Below, in pieces: positions 38,367 to 52,374 of a stretch of DNA of 64,000 bases. Below the pieces are notes generated by a model, which was not told where the DNA came from, ran no database searches, and saw nothing but the letters and a program-made list of their open reading frames with translations. Within the stretch, counting starts at the first letter, position 1. Every line of letters starts with the position of its first letter. The position numbers were made by a program, and so were the translations under genes. This DNA comes from Nymphaea colorata (lineage: Eukaryota). The stretch lies in assembly GCF_008831285.2 (NCBI RefSeq), contig NC_045138.2:11594001-11658000 (forward strand), in the 5' to 3' direction.

Positions 38367-41300
38367 TTTTTTTTGCAGCCTCTGAAAAATTGCCTTTCCA
38401 CATCAAACCTGTTGGAGGAGTTCTCCAAGATCTCCAAGATATTTATTAATTCAACTGTGCTAAAAACAATATTTACAGGGAAACTAACAAAAATTGCTGC
38501 GTCTTGCACATGGGAATACAATGAACCTCAAATTAAGAGTAGTAAAAAGAGAGTTGGCACATTTGGATTTTCCTTAGTGATGCGGAATAGGTGAACTTTG
38601 CTAGCCACAATTTGGGGAGCAGACCTGTCTCCCCCTCTTCCTTTAATTAGAAATCTAAGCCAAAATCTCAATTTTCTGTTGTTAGCACCAATGATTATGG
38701 TGGAGTAACCATTGAAGTCAAAATAGCATAGCATCCAAGCTAACATCTCCGTCTCAAGGAAAGGTGATATTTTTCATGTCGTATACATCTTTGGCTCCCT
38801 TGACCTTAATCGCAACCCGACATGCACCATTTATTTTCCTAGAGGCTATTTGAATACTTCCTTGGTTTGGTTGAGTGGTTAACCATTTGCCCGACAGGAC
38901 ACCGAAAGTGGACCAAGATTGCATTACATAAAGCTCCTTAGGCTGACTATCGAGTAAGGCAACAAAGTTATTGACACAGTCCAACCATATTTGAGAACAC
39001 ATCAAGTCTATAAATTTACTATCCCCCCCATGGAAACACTTGTTTCTTCAATTCCATATACTCCAAATTACAGTTTGAAAGCAGAGCCTCCAGCAGCAAG
39101 CAATCCTCTCTTGAAGTAGTAGCTGTACCAGTGTTAATTTCTCGGTAATAGTTCATGCTCCCCTTAGTTTCTTTTCAAATTTCTTTGAGACCAAATTCCA
39201 TATTCCTTGCAAGCCGACATTCCAGCAACACATGCCAATTTGACTCCTCTGTAGCAATACAAATAGGACATCGATTTGTTAGGGAAAGGTCCATCTTCTT
39301 TTCTCTGTCTTGAGTAGGTAGGCACCCATTCACAGGTATGTAAGTGAACCAAGGCCACGAGGATGTACATCTTTATTCCAAATAAGTTCCCACCAAATTT
39401 CCTTAGGCCACTTTTCTCTTGTATCTCCCCAAGTATCTCTCACCTTAACTTCAAGAGCAGGCCTCTCGACATCAAGTAGCACATCCAAGCCACTTCCCAA
39501 TTGAGGTATGGACATACATAGCATACGGAGAACTGTGTCGAACTTATGGACAAGGAAGAGACCAGATTCTAAAATCTATGGATCGTCATTTTTCGGGATT
39601 CTTGGAGGAATATTTGTTCCTCTTCTAGGAGGGCATCAACCAGAACATGACCTCCCCAATTTCCATACTAATAGTTGATCTCACCTCTACCGATCTGCCA
39701 CACAACATTTCCCTTAACTTGATACTAAGAAATAATGCAGTTCTTGAAAAACCATGACTTTTTTGGTTTGGGCTTAATAACCCATAAACCCATATTTCTT
39801 GTGACAAAATTTGGGGCAATTTACTTCATGAGCACAGATGGAAAGGGACCACTTTACCTGGCATGCCCTAGCCCATTCATCTAGCCGTGTTAAGCCTATT
39901 CCTCCCTCTGAGTAGGGTTTGCATACTTGGTCTCATGCAATCAGGTGCCTTGCTCTAGAGTTCCCATCTCCAGCCCATAGGAAATTGGCCATGGTCGAGG
40001 AAAGACTTTTTGATACCTTCCTAGGAAGCCAAAGGCTGACGACCAGAAACCAATTATGCTGCTGATAACGTGCTTGAGGAGGCATAATCATCCTATGTAG
40101 GAGAGAGTGGCTGACTTCCACAGGGAGAGCCATTTTTCGACCTTGGTGAGGAGGGGTTGACACCATTCATCCTTGAGTTTTTTAGCGAACAAAGGCAGCC
40201 CTAGGTAAGACGTTGGAAGGAAATCACGAGGCCACCCAAGAGTAGAACAGATCCTGTCTTGCACCTCAGACCGCACTGCGTCAAAAAAAGTATATATTAG
40301 ATTTTCGATAGTTAACCTTCAGACCTACATTGACCTCTAGGAGCCACAAGGTGTCTTCAACTTGTTGCATCAGAGCTTGTGAAGCATCGCTAAAAAGGAG
40401 AACATCATCTGCAAAGGCAAGAAATGGGGGAGCATGACCTGCATGAGGAATGAGGGGAGGCTTATACAAATGATCTGCCACCCTTCCTGAAATAGCCCCT
40501 TTGAAAATTTCCATTGTGTCAATAAAAAGATAAGGGGATATTGGATCACCTTGTTAAAGGCCTCGAGCAAGGTTAAAATACTCTCCATGTTTCCCATTTA
40601 CCAAGACCGAACCAGAGGCAGAAGTGACATATAACATGAACCACGTTACCCATGCTTCTAAAAAGCCCACATTGTGAATAGTGTTTTAAAAAAATTTTCA
40701 ATTTACCAAATCATATGCTTTAGACATATCAAATTTTAAGTAACAAGAAGGCCTCTTTGATGATTGAAGGGAGTGAACTATTTCATGAGCTAATATAACG
40801 TTTTCATAGATAGTTCTGCCTGGGATAAACACACATTGCTCTTTTCCAATAATCCTTGCAAGGACGCTTTTCATCTTGTTAGCCAACAATTTGCACAAAA
40901 ATTTATACATTGAGTTGTATAGAGCTATAGGATGAAAGTTGATGACCCTTTGGGCTCCCTTATATTTTGGAATAAGAGCTATCATAGATATGCTAATCTT
41001 CTTGACTAACCTCCTTGAATTCAAAAAGCTATGCATGACATCAAAATATCCACCCCCACTATATTCCAATATGATCTAAAGAAAAAGGCAGGGAAGCCGT
41101 CAATACCCGGAGTGATGACCACCTGTTTTACCTCCTCTCTAGTGACCAGTTTGATCAAACTTTGGTTTTCTATCTCTGAAACGACCTCTCCATCCCATAG
41201 ACCTTGGAGGAGTTCCTCTGATCCATCAGTAGAGCCAAGGAGATAAAAAAAATCTCGAGAAGATTTGTTGAATTGTATATTGGTCCTCAAATTCCAAACC

Positions 41301-44300
41301 ACTTTACCTCCTCTCTAATGACCAGTTTGATCAAACTTTGGTTTTCTATTTCTGAAACGACCTCTCCATCCCATAGACCTTGGAGGAGCTCCTCTGATCC
41401 ATCAGTAGAGCCAAGGAGATAAAAAAAAAAATCTGGAGAAGATTTGTTGAATTGTATATTGGTCCTCAAACTCCAAACCGCCTTATTCCAATTGAGAAGA
41501 TTTGGCTTTTGGCATGACACCCATTCACCACTCTTTGTTAAAAAGACATATTTATGTCCCCCTCGCGAAGCCATTTGATCATAGCATTTTGTCTCCACTG
41601 ACTTTCTTTTTCCAAGAGTACACTCGATAGCTCTTGCCTTAGCAACAATTCCACTGGAGCCACGAAACGATCTCCCGCTTCAGATCTGATTTGAGTGTCC
41701 TCAAGGGACTGCTTTAGGCCATTGAATCATAGAGCCACATCCCCAACCTAGTGTTTGTACCACCTGGATAAGTCTTTCCGTACTCTTTCAAGTTTCGAGA
41801 TTACCCTAATGAGTGGGCAGCCTTGATCACAACATGACCAAGCCTCAATCACTATCTTGTGGTTCTCTGGTAGCTAAGCCCAACTGCTAAAAAATTTGAA
41901 GCGACTAGGGCATGTATGGCAGATTTCAGAAAAGGATGAGAAGAAAACAAGCGGCGAATGATCAGAGGAAGATTGAATCACCATTTTTAGTTGATTTCTC
42001 TTGGACCATTTTTGACACTGAGTTCAACAAACACCACTCCAACCTATAGAAGATGGTTTCTCCGTTTCAGCAGTTATTAGTCCAAGTGAAAGTCTTTTTA
42101 GGATCTTCCAACGGACTAAAGCTATTGCTTTCCAAGAATAAGGAAAAAATACTACAAGAAGAAAGAGAGGGGTCTTTTCCAGTTTTATCTTTAGGGCCCA
42201 ACGTGCAATTAAAATCTCCCATCAACAAAGCTGGCTCCTCAAGATGTTGGAGAAGAGAGTGGATTTTCTGAAATTCGACCTGCTTAGCATAAGGGTTTGT
42301 GGGAAGATAAATTCCTCACACATAGAAAGTCTCGCGGGAGCCTCTCTTAGAGCATCTTAAAAAAATCTAGAAATGATCTATCACCACAACTTGAGATTTC
42401 AGCCTCGCTGAATCCCACACACAGAGAATATGGGTGACCCCAAAGGAAAAGTGTATATTGGAAACCATACCATAATTCTTCATATTAAGCTGCCATTGTT
42501 GGAGCTTGGTTTTAGTGAGCACTGTGTCAATTAAGCAAAACCACCCAAGGGAGAACACTTGAAGAAGGGACAAGAGTTCTAGGTTAGCCTCATGTCTAAC
42601 CAACCGTCTTACATTCGAAGACATGAAATTCATATATGAGAATCTGATATGGGCGTCTCACCCTCCTTGGACTCCCGCATGAGGCCATCGATGGGCTGAT
42701 CCTGGAGGTTGGAAACAAAGTTCGGCGAGGAGGAGGAATAGCATGTCCTTTTATGTTTGCTGCCCACTCATTCTAGATCTTCATGAAGGGGTAAATTGAA
42801 GTTTGATGTCTTTTAGGATTTTCCGACCTCTTCCCCCTCTACTTCCCCTTCCTCTGCTTGTATGTTTTGCCCTGCAACTTAATTTGAATTGCTGTGTTGG
42901 GGTTCCCTCTGAGACAATTCGCTGATTGGAAGAAATGGCAACTCTAGCTTGCCCCAGGTCACTTGATGCTGAAAAGGAAAAACATGGAGGAACGTCACAT
43001 GGGAACTCTTGCCCATTTGGAGCCTTGGAGACAAACGAATTGGGGAAAAGCTTATTGGATGTGGAACTGTTGTTCTGACCCTTCCATAGTTTAGGTGCCC
43101 CCTTTTCTTTTGGGTGCATGAAGAGGGGCATGACCTTCCTACTTTGATTTCCGATATAGCTACTCTGGCCCCTCCTTGATTTTCTCATGAGGGGATTGAT
43201 CCTCCGCAGGTTCCGATAATACTTCAAACCTGTTGGTTGCAGCTAGATGCTCCAATCGAGATCCGCTTGAAGGCCCATTTTCTCTACTGAGAGAAATTCC
43301 AGTGACGGTGTGGCCAACCTCAGGTGTTCTGGAGCCGTCTTTCAATTTTAGGTTCTGAGTTTTAGGGCAAGTCTTGGGGGGTGAAAGTTCACACCACACA
43401 TTCGGCAGAACTAGAGGTGACCTTCATAAACTGTTGCTTGTGCGAGGATGTGGCCACCTCCCAGGTCAATCTCCCTTTAGCAGGAGGTCTGATTGGATAT
43501 GCAGATCCAAGAGGATGCAAGCAAAATTAGTGTGAGACATTTGGACCATGGGAGTGTCCGCATCTAGGAAGTCACCTTGCAGTCCCGTTGCCACTGCTTT
43601 GAAGATTTGATGCTTCCAAAAATAATGTGCTAGACCTGGCAGCCTCACCCACAAGGCAGTGGTGGTATTTGGGTTTATCTCAAGTGGTTGGCCAGGGTTC
43701 CATCTAGCTGCCACTAGAACCGTACCGCCCACTTTCCAAGCATGTTTTTCAATACTAGGTTAAGTTCTTCTTCACTTGCCACTCAAATAAGAAAATCCCC
43801 TTCATTGAGAAGGGAGAGTTGAGGAGATATTCTCTTCCTCCATTGCATAAACAGGTCTGAAATGAGCTTAGAGATGTTCCCATTGACTTTTGAGGATGCA
43901 CCCATGAAACAACAAATTGCCGACCGTTGAAAGGGTTTAGTCATGCTTTGGAGATCTTCCTTGGTCACCATTGTTCTTGGGCGCCTCTTGCCGAGAATCA
44001 CTTCTAAGGGAGGCAGATCCTCCTCGTAGTCAATAACTCTACCTGCCACACAGTCCGCCCAAGATCGAGGTTGGGAAAGGCCCCTATACCCACATCGCCA
44101 AACTGCTCTGAAACACCAACTTCCTCCCCCTGGCAAGTGCTTCCCTCTTCACAACAAACATTCACTATGGAAAATTTCCCTTTCCAGTTTGCAGACACCG
44201 CTTGACCATGAGTTATCTGCCCCTTAGTTTCCCCATTCACAGAGGAGAATCCAAGAGGAGGCACGAAGTTGTCCCTACATTTAACCGGTAAAGGGGAAGA

Positions 44301-44640
44301 AAGGGGACTTACCTCTCATGCAGCTTGTTTCCACACTCGGCAGAGGCTCTTCTTCCATTGGTGCTATGCCGATCAACACAAGCGCCACTTCCTGCTCCAT
44401 CGCTGGAAACCCACTGCTGGGGGAAGACCCCCATGGAGACTCTCGTGCCTCCACAATCACTTGCCTTTGCTGCACTCCCGCCTTTGCTACTTACTATTTC
44501 TTTTCGCAAAGCTGAAAACTTGCCTTTGCATGGCCAAGCTTTCACATTCTTTCTTGCTTGCTCCTTTCCATTTCTTGAGTTTGAGAATGCTTGGAAGTTA
44601 GGTAACTACTTCAGAGTAGGATGTCTTTCCACATCCAAAC
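38367..44640 (-). mobile_element. L1-type LINE, near full length, decayed by stops and frameshifts
   Basis: ORF1-like pieces (LWVRLPGL, CRMC...H zinc knuckle at ~43390). Endonuclease (MNFMSSNVRRL, LMGDFN, SDHSP). RT (PGIDGFPAFFF, IALIPK, FIPGRTIYENVILAHE, KFDMSKAYD, FADDVLLF, YLGLPL). Candidate short poly(A) at 38367-38374. Ends are approximate. Confidence 0.9.
41127..41479. repeat. ~176-bp tandem duplication inside LINE ORF2
   Basis: 41127-41302 and 41303-41479 are near-identical. The ORF track shows LLGSTDGSEELLQGLWDGEVVSEIENQSLIKLV twice. Confidence 0.95.
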
Positions 44641-44709
44641 CTATACCACATATGACAACTTAAGTACTACAAATATGAAATAAAAAACAAAGTCGTATAG
44701 CAATATTAC

Positions 44710-46871
44710 ATGCACAATTGGCTAAAAACCACATGCACTTTTGTTTGTTGATGCCTTATACGTTTGGTTGTAAATATGGGCCAGTCTAGCTGTGCCCCAT
44801 GCATAATTGTTCTCTTCTTCAAAGTTCTCAAGGAATTGCATGATCTGTGTGTGAATGTTCTCTGTAGAAAAGTCACAGAATAGGCAATAGCCAAAGAAGA
44901 ACAATGTAAAGCAGTGCATTTCCCTATCAATAATTGGATTTGGGCTTGTGAGGATTTTTAAGCCAAGTTCATTCCCGAGTAAACCAATTCTAATGGAGCT
45001 GGTTCTATCAATTTTCAAAATCTCCACCCACAAAGACTTTTCAATACCAAGAACACCTTGTGTCGTGTCCACATGGACATACTATAATGAACCAATGGTT
45101 GGTAATTCATGACACTTTAGTATAGTTATACAATATACATATCCCAATGTGATGGTCATTTCATTGTCACCAAACTAGAACGTGTTGGTATACAAGGTCT
45201 AGTATCATAACATAAGACCAACTTTGGTTATCAATCTTAAATGGTTATCTATCTAGAATGTCAAGAACATGCATGGCTCTCAACCATGGCTTCTAGAACT
45301 CACCTAGTTTCGACTATCATCGGCACCATAGGCCATCAGCATCAGACATGAAAATGGCATTGCACCTACAACCATAAGAAGGCAAAGAAGATGTTTTTCC
45401 TGATTACTACACAGACCTAGCTCAAACATAGGTGACAAAGGGCATGAGCAACAAAAGCATTACAAACTTATGCGGTAATATAGTCAAAATGGAAATGCTA
45501 GCAAAAATAACCAAATAAATAGCCAAAGGGACATATCACTGGCGATTGAGGAAATGATACACCAACTAAACATGGTTAAGTCGTCATATCTACTCTTCTT
45601 CCCATTGTCATGTATGACCCATATTCTTCCTGCCCTGCCTTGAATCCATGAATGCGATTCCTCCTCATATGATGTTGCTCGTTCTCATTCTCCTCATCTT
45701 CTACTTATTGCATGTACTTATCTTCCTTATTCTCATTTTCCTCTTCCTCTAAATACACTACTCATTTTACAGTTATGTTCTACTTCTTCTCTTCCTTTGC
45801 CCTTTGATTATGTTTCCTTTCCTCCATTCAATAGTCTCTTTCTCCCAAAGCTTTTAGGACCATTCAAGGAGTTCTCTGAATTGTCTATGTGCCTTGACCA
45901 AATTTTTAGCTTTAGCTTCATAGTTCTAGGGAATGACTAAACCCTTCCTTGCTCGTAGAGGCCGACAGTCATACTATTTCATCGGCCTATATATTTGCGG
46001 CTATATATCTTGCTCAGGGGATGCCAACTTCCTATGTGTTATAGATAGAGAGCATATTTATTCCTCTAGATGTCTATCTACCCTCGCACCTTATCTCACA
46101 TGCCCCACCATTGTTTTAGGGGCTAGGAATTTGCTAGTTTCCTTCTCCTACTTGTGGGGGGTGCTCTTGGTCGACAATCCCCAACGATGAGTAGCACAAC
46201 TGCTCCTTTGTGTGCTTCTGAGCCTCTTTCACCAGTGATAGGGAGCACAACTACTCCTTTGCCTTCTTTTTAGCCTCTTTTGTCGATGATTTCCATTTCT
46301 TTGGGTTAACAATTGCTGGCGATGGGGAGGCTTGATGTGTGTTGTTTTTTGATAATACTTGTGGATTCTGAGATGGTGGTTCTTGCTATAATACATGGAT
46401 AAGGCTCACAGTACATAGCAGGTACTTCAATTGAACATCTAAACTCACCCTAGGTGTTGTCAAACTCGTCAAGAATTCCTACTTCTTCCATTGCCTTTGG
46501 CAGCTCCCTTGGTTGTCTTGTTTTTGGCACATCCTTGTTCACTTGCTTCTAAACCCCTTTCGGTAGTGATTGTGGCTTATATAGGTTGACTATTGTTGGT
46601 GATGGGGAGGGCTTCTGTGTGTCATTTTCAACAACATCTATAGATTCAGAAGATGGGGTCTTCTTTTTGGTAACATCTGGATATGGCTCATAGTACTTAG
46701 TACTTTAGTCTAAACTCACCCAAGGTGAGGCCATCGATCTTGTTGGCTATTCCAACCACTTCCATCATCTCTAGCAGCTCCTTTGCTGGTCTTCGTTTTG
46801 GTGCATCCTTGTTCGCTTTGGTTGATTGAGGGTGCACAATCATTTCTTTCACTCTCTTTGTTGACACCATG
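44710..46871 (-). pseudogene. Plant mobile domain (PMD / MAIN-like) pseudogene, probably transposon-borne
   Basis: PMD-like motifs NTF*FGDNEMTITL (~45150-45190), FFFGYCLFCDFS and NYAWGTARLAHIYNQTYKAS. Upstream charged region begins MVSTKR (46871). Many stops. Confidence 0.65.
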
Positions 46872-48489
46872 GTGAGAAAACAATAGGAATCAAGATGCAA
46901 GTGGTAGGAATATCTCACTGTTCAAATGAAAACTCTTCTCCAGAATGCATTCACTAGATGATGTAGATTAAAAGCCTTCAGTGGAAGTGATGATTTGATG
47001 GGAAAGCTTCATAGGGCTTTACCATGCTTTTGAGAAGCATCAATAGATGAAAGAGACTAAATATGAACTCTGAAGAGTGAGAGGTTGTGATGGTTCAAAT
47101 TGATGGTTGTAGCTCAAGGGCATAATCGTGATTATGTGAATACAAAAAAAGGGACTAGGTAGTCATCATTCGATATTTGAGTAGGTTTTTCATCATTCAA
47201 TGTATGAACATGTTTTTTTTAAGATGGCAGGATTGTCTAGGCCAAGGGACGAGTTGGTGGTCCCATTTATAGGACACACCATCACAGCACATGTCATCAG
47301 GGAGGGTCATTCGGATTTGATAGCCTTTGCTGGACTTTTGTATTCAATCTCTTTTGTCAACCGATGTCGTATCATTAGATGAGTGACAAGGAGACACATT
47401 GAAAACGAACAAGACACAACCAGACAACTCGAACCAGCGAGTAGCAATAAGTGATAGTGAAAAGTGAAATCAATGTGGATCTATGTGATTGTTGGAGGTA
47501 CTCCCTCACCGACGATTGTTCAAGTTTGATGGAAACTTGAAGGTCTGGTAATGAGGGTTTTGTAAGGGTTTTAGTGATGAGAATTTGGTGAGGGTTTAAA
47601 AGCATTTTTACTTGTTTCACTGTCATGAAAGGCAGTTGGTGTCTTTAAACTAGGGCAAGCACCAATTGAACTCTTGATGAGGGTAATGGAAAACTAGTTA
47701 TGTATTACGCAACTAGTTGTGGTCATGATGAGGGTAGAGAACACAAATGTCTTCTTAGTAAAGGGCATTTACATCCTTGTACTAATATCACATCATTTCC
47801 AATCAAAACTGATTGAGGGGAAGCGATACAATTCATGTGTTGCACATTGCGGCCCCCTAACACAAGGGTGTGGTGGGGGGCCAAACATATAACCTGCTCT
47901 AAGCATATGAAAAGTTAAAGCATTTAATCTTCCAAACCAGGAATTTCTGGAAGTCCATTTAGTTAGCCACTTTCCATAGTCATACTTATTTCAAGTTTAA
48001 AAAACTAATGATTAGGTTCTTCAACAAATTTCTTATAGTAAAAGAGAAGATTTAATACGTGAACAAATAAATCAAGCCATGTAGTTAAAATTCCTAACTG
48101 CCCTAATTTGAGGAAAATTTCGATAATGGTCAACTTCATTAGGTAGTTCTCATTTCTTTTATTTTAAATTTACAAAGTATGGAAATACTTTTCCTTGACT
48201 TAAAATCTACTTTCAAAATGAATATTTAAGTGAAACTATTTTCAAAATGAATATTTAAGTGAAACTATTCCAAAACAAGTAACCTCTAATAGTAGCAAAT
48301 TTAGGATTGAAAACTATCCACTTTAGATTTTTCCATTCATTTAAAGGTGGACTTGAAACTTAATCTAAAAAGTAAAATGTATTAAAATATCATACAAAAA
48401 GCTTTTGTATGAGTGCCTATATTGAAAATATTGAAGAGAACTAATTTTACTTTACAACAAGTTTTTTTTTTTTTTTTTTATGCAGTGGT

Positions 48490-49225
48490 CCCCATAGGTG
48501 TATGTTTTCATATCAATTTCTATTCTTTCCATCAGACAAAGATTGTTATATTTGACACAAAGGCTACGCAAGACATTGCCTGAATCAATGAAATTCTGGT
48601 CTGATTCAAAAGGAAATGGATTCATATGCGCTTCTATTACAGATCTATCAGTTTTCAAATTTAAATTCTTTGGCAGAACGTGCAGAAGTTCTGGTGACAA
48701 GGGGACAATACATGGTATTTTCTATAGTTTATCGGTTGATAAAGTTTCCAGTAACTTTACCAATGCAGTTGAAAGAGCATTATCAGCCATGAACAATATC
48801 AAAACTCAGCTTCCCAATAAATAAATTGAAAGAGGAATGAGTTAATGATGCTTTAATTACTTACGCTGAAAATGACACATTTGATGGCATCACTGATGAA
48901 GCAATTATACATTGCCTACATAATATAAAGGCCAGTTGAGTCAAATGTGAATTTGTTCACAAATAGTTTCTGTTTTGCTTTTTTTGTGAAGAATAGATAT
49001 TTGACTTTTTGGGGCCCAATTGTAAATCTATATAGAAGTATAGATATTTCATTTTTTTAATCAATTATAAATTTGTTTAACTATAATTAATTGAATCACT
49101 TTTTGAAGCTAATTGTAATTTTGTTGGTAACTAAAGTTCTTTATTTTGGTCTTTCAGGCCAACTAAAAATTTGTTAACTATATAGTTAGTATCCCGTGGA
49201 AAAAAATAATTCTTGCTCCACTGCC
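48490..49225 (+). mobile_element. Decayed hAT transposase 3' fragment (second family)
   Basis: AVERALSAMNNIKTQLPNK resembles the hAT dimerization motif SVERAFSxMKxIKTxLRNK. Followed by an AT-rich end. Confidence 0.6.
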
Positions 49226-49833
49226 ACCCAATACAAATAGCACAACCAAGCCTAAGAAAGGCTAATGAGAAACGAACCACAAACCAGACATTTAATCTGG
49301 CCATCTAGAGGCCAAAAAGCTGCACACGTTCATGCTAGCATTGGGGATATGAACCGAGCATAATGTCAAAGTGGGAGGAACCAGGTAGGACAACAAATCG
49401 GGACACAAGGCTAATCATAATAGCAGCAACTCAAGGAGCATCAATGTCCTCCAGCAAAACACAACGACACCAACATAACAACCAATGAAGGCAATACTCG
49501 AAGAGCCGATTGAGCAGTGAGTAGTAGAATGGGGATGACAAACTCCCAGCAGCAAAATGGTGAGTGATAGAACATGACAATGGCAGCAGTCAACAACACC
49601 CTTAGGCCTTAGCAAAACAATATCAATAACAAACAGATGTCAACAAAACCCTAGTAGCAGAAAAACGACGCCAAGCCCCAACAACAAAACAATGACGGTA
49701 GAACTTGGCAAACCCTAATGACATAAATACCAACAGCAGAACAACAATGGTATCCAACATTAAACCCTAATCGAGGCAGCAGAAACCAGCGAGAGAGAGT
49801 AGAGTTGGGAAACCTCAAATGGTAGTTTTGGGG

Positions 49834-49836
<3 letters not shown>

Positions 49837-49881
<45 letters not shown>
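49837..49881. repeat. (GA)n microsatellite (another at ~30220-30246)
   Basis: Directly visible. Confidence 0.95.
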
Positions 49882-49887
<6 letters not shown>

Positions 49888-52095
49888 ACTTGAAAGGGTC
49901 GATGGGAACTGGACAATAGAAATTTAGATGTGAGAGAGTGAGTGCATGGCAACATAAGCATGAAGAAGACCTTTTTTCTCCCATTCATGTTAAGGGCAAT
50001 TACATGATTCTGTTAGGTAATAAATTAATGGTATTTTGGCACATTTTTTTTTTATTTAAGCAATGTTCTCCATAGGGACCATGAAAAAAATGGTTATTTA
50101 AAAGGATGTTCATTGAAACAAATCAACTCGTGCTCGTCTCGAACTCTCTTGGCTAAATGAGTCAGTTCGAGTTAAGACATGAACTGAATTAAATAAAAAA
50201 GTCGAACTTGAGCTGGGCATGCTGGGATCGGTTGAACTCGTTAAAGCTCATGGTAAGTGCATAAGTACAACACGTTTTACTTAGTTGTCAAAGAAAAAAA
50301 GGTCTCTTCAATGGTTTTCTCTGTTACTAACAAAAAAGAAGGTCCAAAGACCAAGTTCCCATGCTCCGTCCAATGGAAAATATATCTTTTAATGAATTGG
50401 CTTGGGTAAGCACGAGCCGAGCCAAGCTCGAACTTGACTCGAGCTTGAGCTGTAGGTTTTGAGACTTCACCCGAGCTCAAGCTGACTCCACTTAGCTTGT
50501 GATATCCCCAGTCATTTGTGAGCACAGATGAGAACTTGAGGGCCTCTTTATTCACATGAAAAAGTTGAAGATCGATTTGTTGTTGAGCCAAAACTTAGGC
50601 ATCGATTTATAATTTTTTCTTAACTTAAACATATAAAATAAAAAAATAATAAGCGAATAAAATTAACACTAATCTAACATCTAGTACTATATCTCATTTT
50701 CCCTGGCGAAGGCCGGGCAGCCTAATTAATGTTATTATTGGTCCAATGTCTTGCTGGGTTGTTGGACCCACATAAATTCAAGTTTGATTATGGATGTTAA
50801 TAGGTTTAATCTTATTATGTCGGACTCAGTTTCAGCTTCGCGTCCAACTTTGTTGGGACCTGACGTAGTCCGATTAATTTTTTGGAAACCAAGCCAACAT
50901 TATTAGCTTGAGATCCGGTTTCGCATACAGACGACTTGGGCTTTTGCATTGTTTTAGTACCTGTTTGAGAGTACAAGACAAAACTATGAACGAAGTCCTG
51001 GTCTGATTATGAAAGTAGATTTTATTTTGTTTTCCATACCCGTCTAAACGGGTTCAGAACTTAGCGGTTGGACCGTAATTTCTTGCAGGTTCGGTGTGAT
51101 CATCCTTACAAATTTCAGCTGGGCATATGGTACAAAGCCAACTGGGGCACCCTCGAAGGGGGTCGTTTCATTTGATCTGTGAGGAGAGGGAGAGAGAGAG
51201 AAGTAACGTCTCTTGCTGCTATTTCATCTACTTGATTCTTGTGCTGCTGTTGCTTCTGTTAAAATTTTCTCCGATTTATTTGATTTCTTTTTGCGTCTTG
51301 ATTTCCTGTTTGTTTCTTTATTATAAGGTCTGAGAGATTATATTTTGGAACGTATTTTTTCGGCTCCTTTTCCTTGATGTGTTTCGTTTTTATCGTTATT
51401 GCTTTTGGTTAATCAGATTGTTCCATAACACACTCTTATGAATCTTAATCCTTAACATTTGTGACCAGCGGAGGTGATTCCAGTCCATGAACTGGAGCGT
51501 AAACCTTAAAATTTGTGTCCACCAATTTATGCATAGGTGGATCAATCGTGTAGTCGAACTTCAACAATAAACCATTAGAGATGCTCTAAGACCATGGACA
51601 TTCATATAATTGAGCTACCCATTTACGGAAAAATGCCCATGCACGGGGAATGTTTTCTGTTGCTGTCCGATTATACAAGATTAACAATCCTATTAACATA
51701 GTTTTCCTAAGTGTGCATATTGTCATTGGCCCTGTTTGTTGGTTGCTATGATGTTGGACTTTCATTCTCATTGCTATTGTTATGGTTATCTGTCTTCCAC
51801 ATTTTGCGCCGTTAGTTGATGTGGTAGGTCTTGTTAAAATTTTCTGTTGATCTGTCTCTTGCATATGATGCCTTTTCTTCATCAAATTGGCCTAGTCTAG
51901 ACCAGGTAATTACCAAATCATTTTTGGTTTCTCTGATTTTGTTCTATTGATTCATCCCCATGTATGATTGTTTGGACATATTCTTTCACTTGCTGGTGAT
52001 CATGCCGTTGTGTGTCTAGTCTATTTTCACGTGGTACTCCCCATTTTTCTATGCAGTATGAACTAATCAAATCTCCATCTTCTTTAGATGGGAAA

Positions 52096-52374
52096 TAAAA
52101 GGGAAAGAAGCACACACAGAGATTTTTAACATGGTTCGACTCAGGAATGAGTCTACATCCACGAACAAAATATTTCTCTCACACGCCTCAATCCTTTGTG
52201 TGAAAGGTTCCATTGACATTTAAAGGGATACAAGGGTCATCCGTTTCCTGATTTTTAGGATATTGATTGGCATAAATATCTTGACGATATTGTTGATTAT
52301 ACACTTGATTTTCTTTCCTAATCTTCGTATCAACAAAAGCGGCAACCCTTTTGCCGTGAGCCTTATATTCAATA
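52096..52374 (-). repeat. 3' LTR of Copia-2
   Basis: Direct repeat of 55963-56238, with about 18 substitutions and 2 small indels by eye. Confidence 0.95.
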
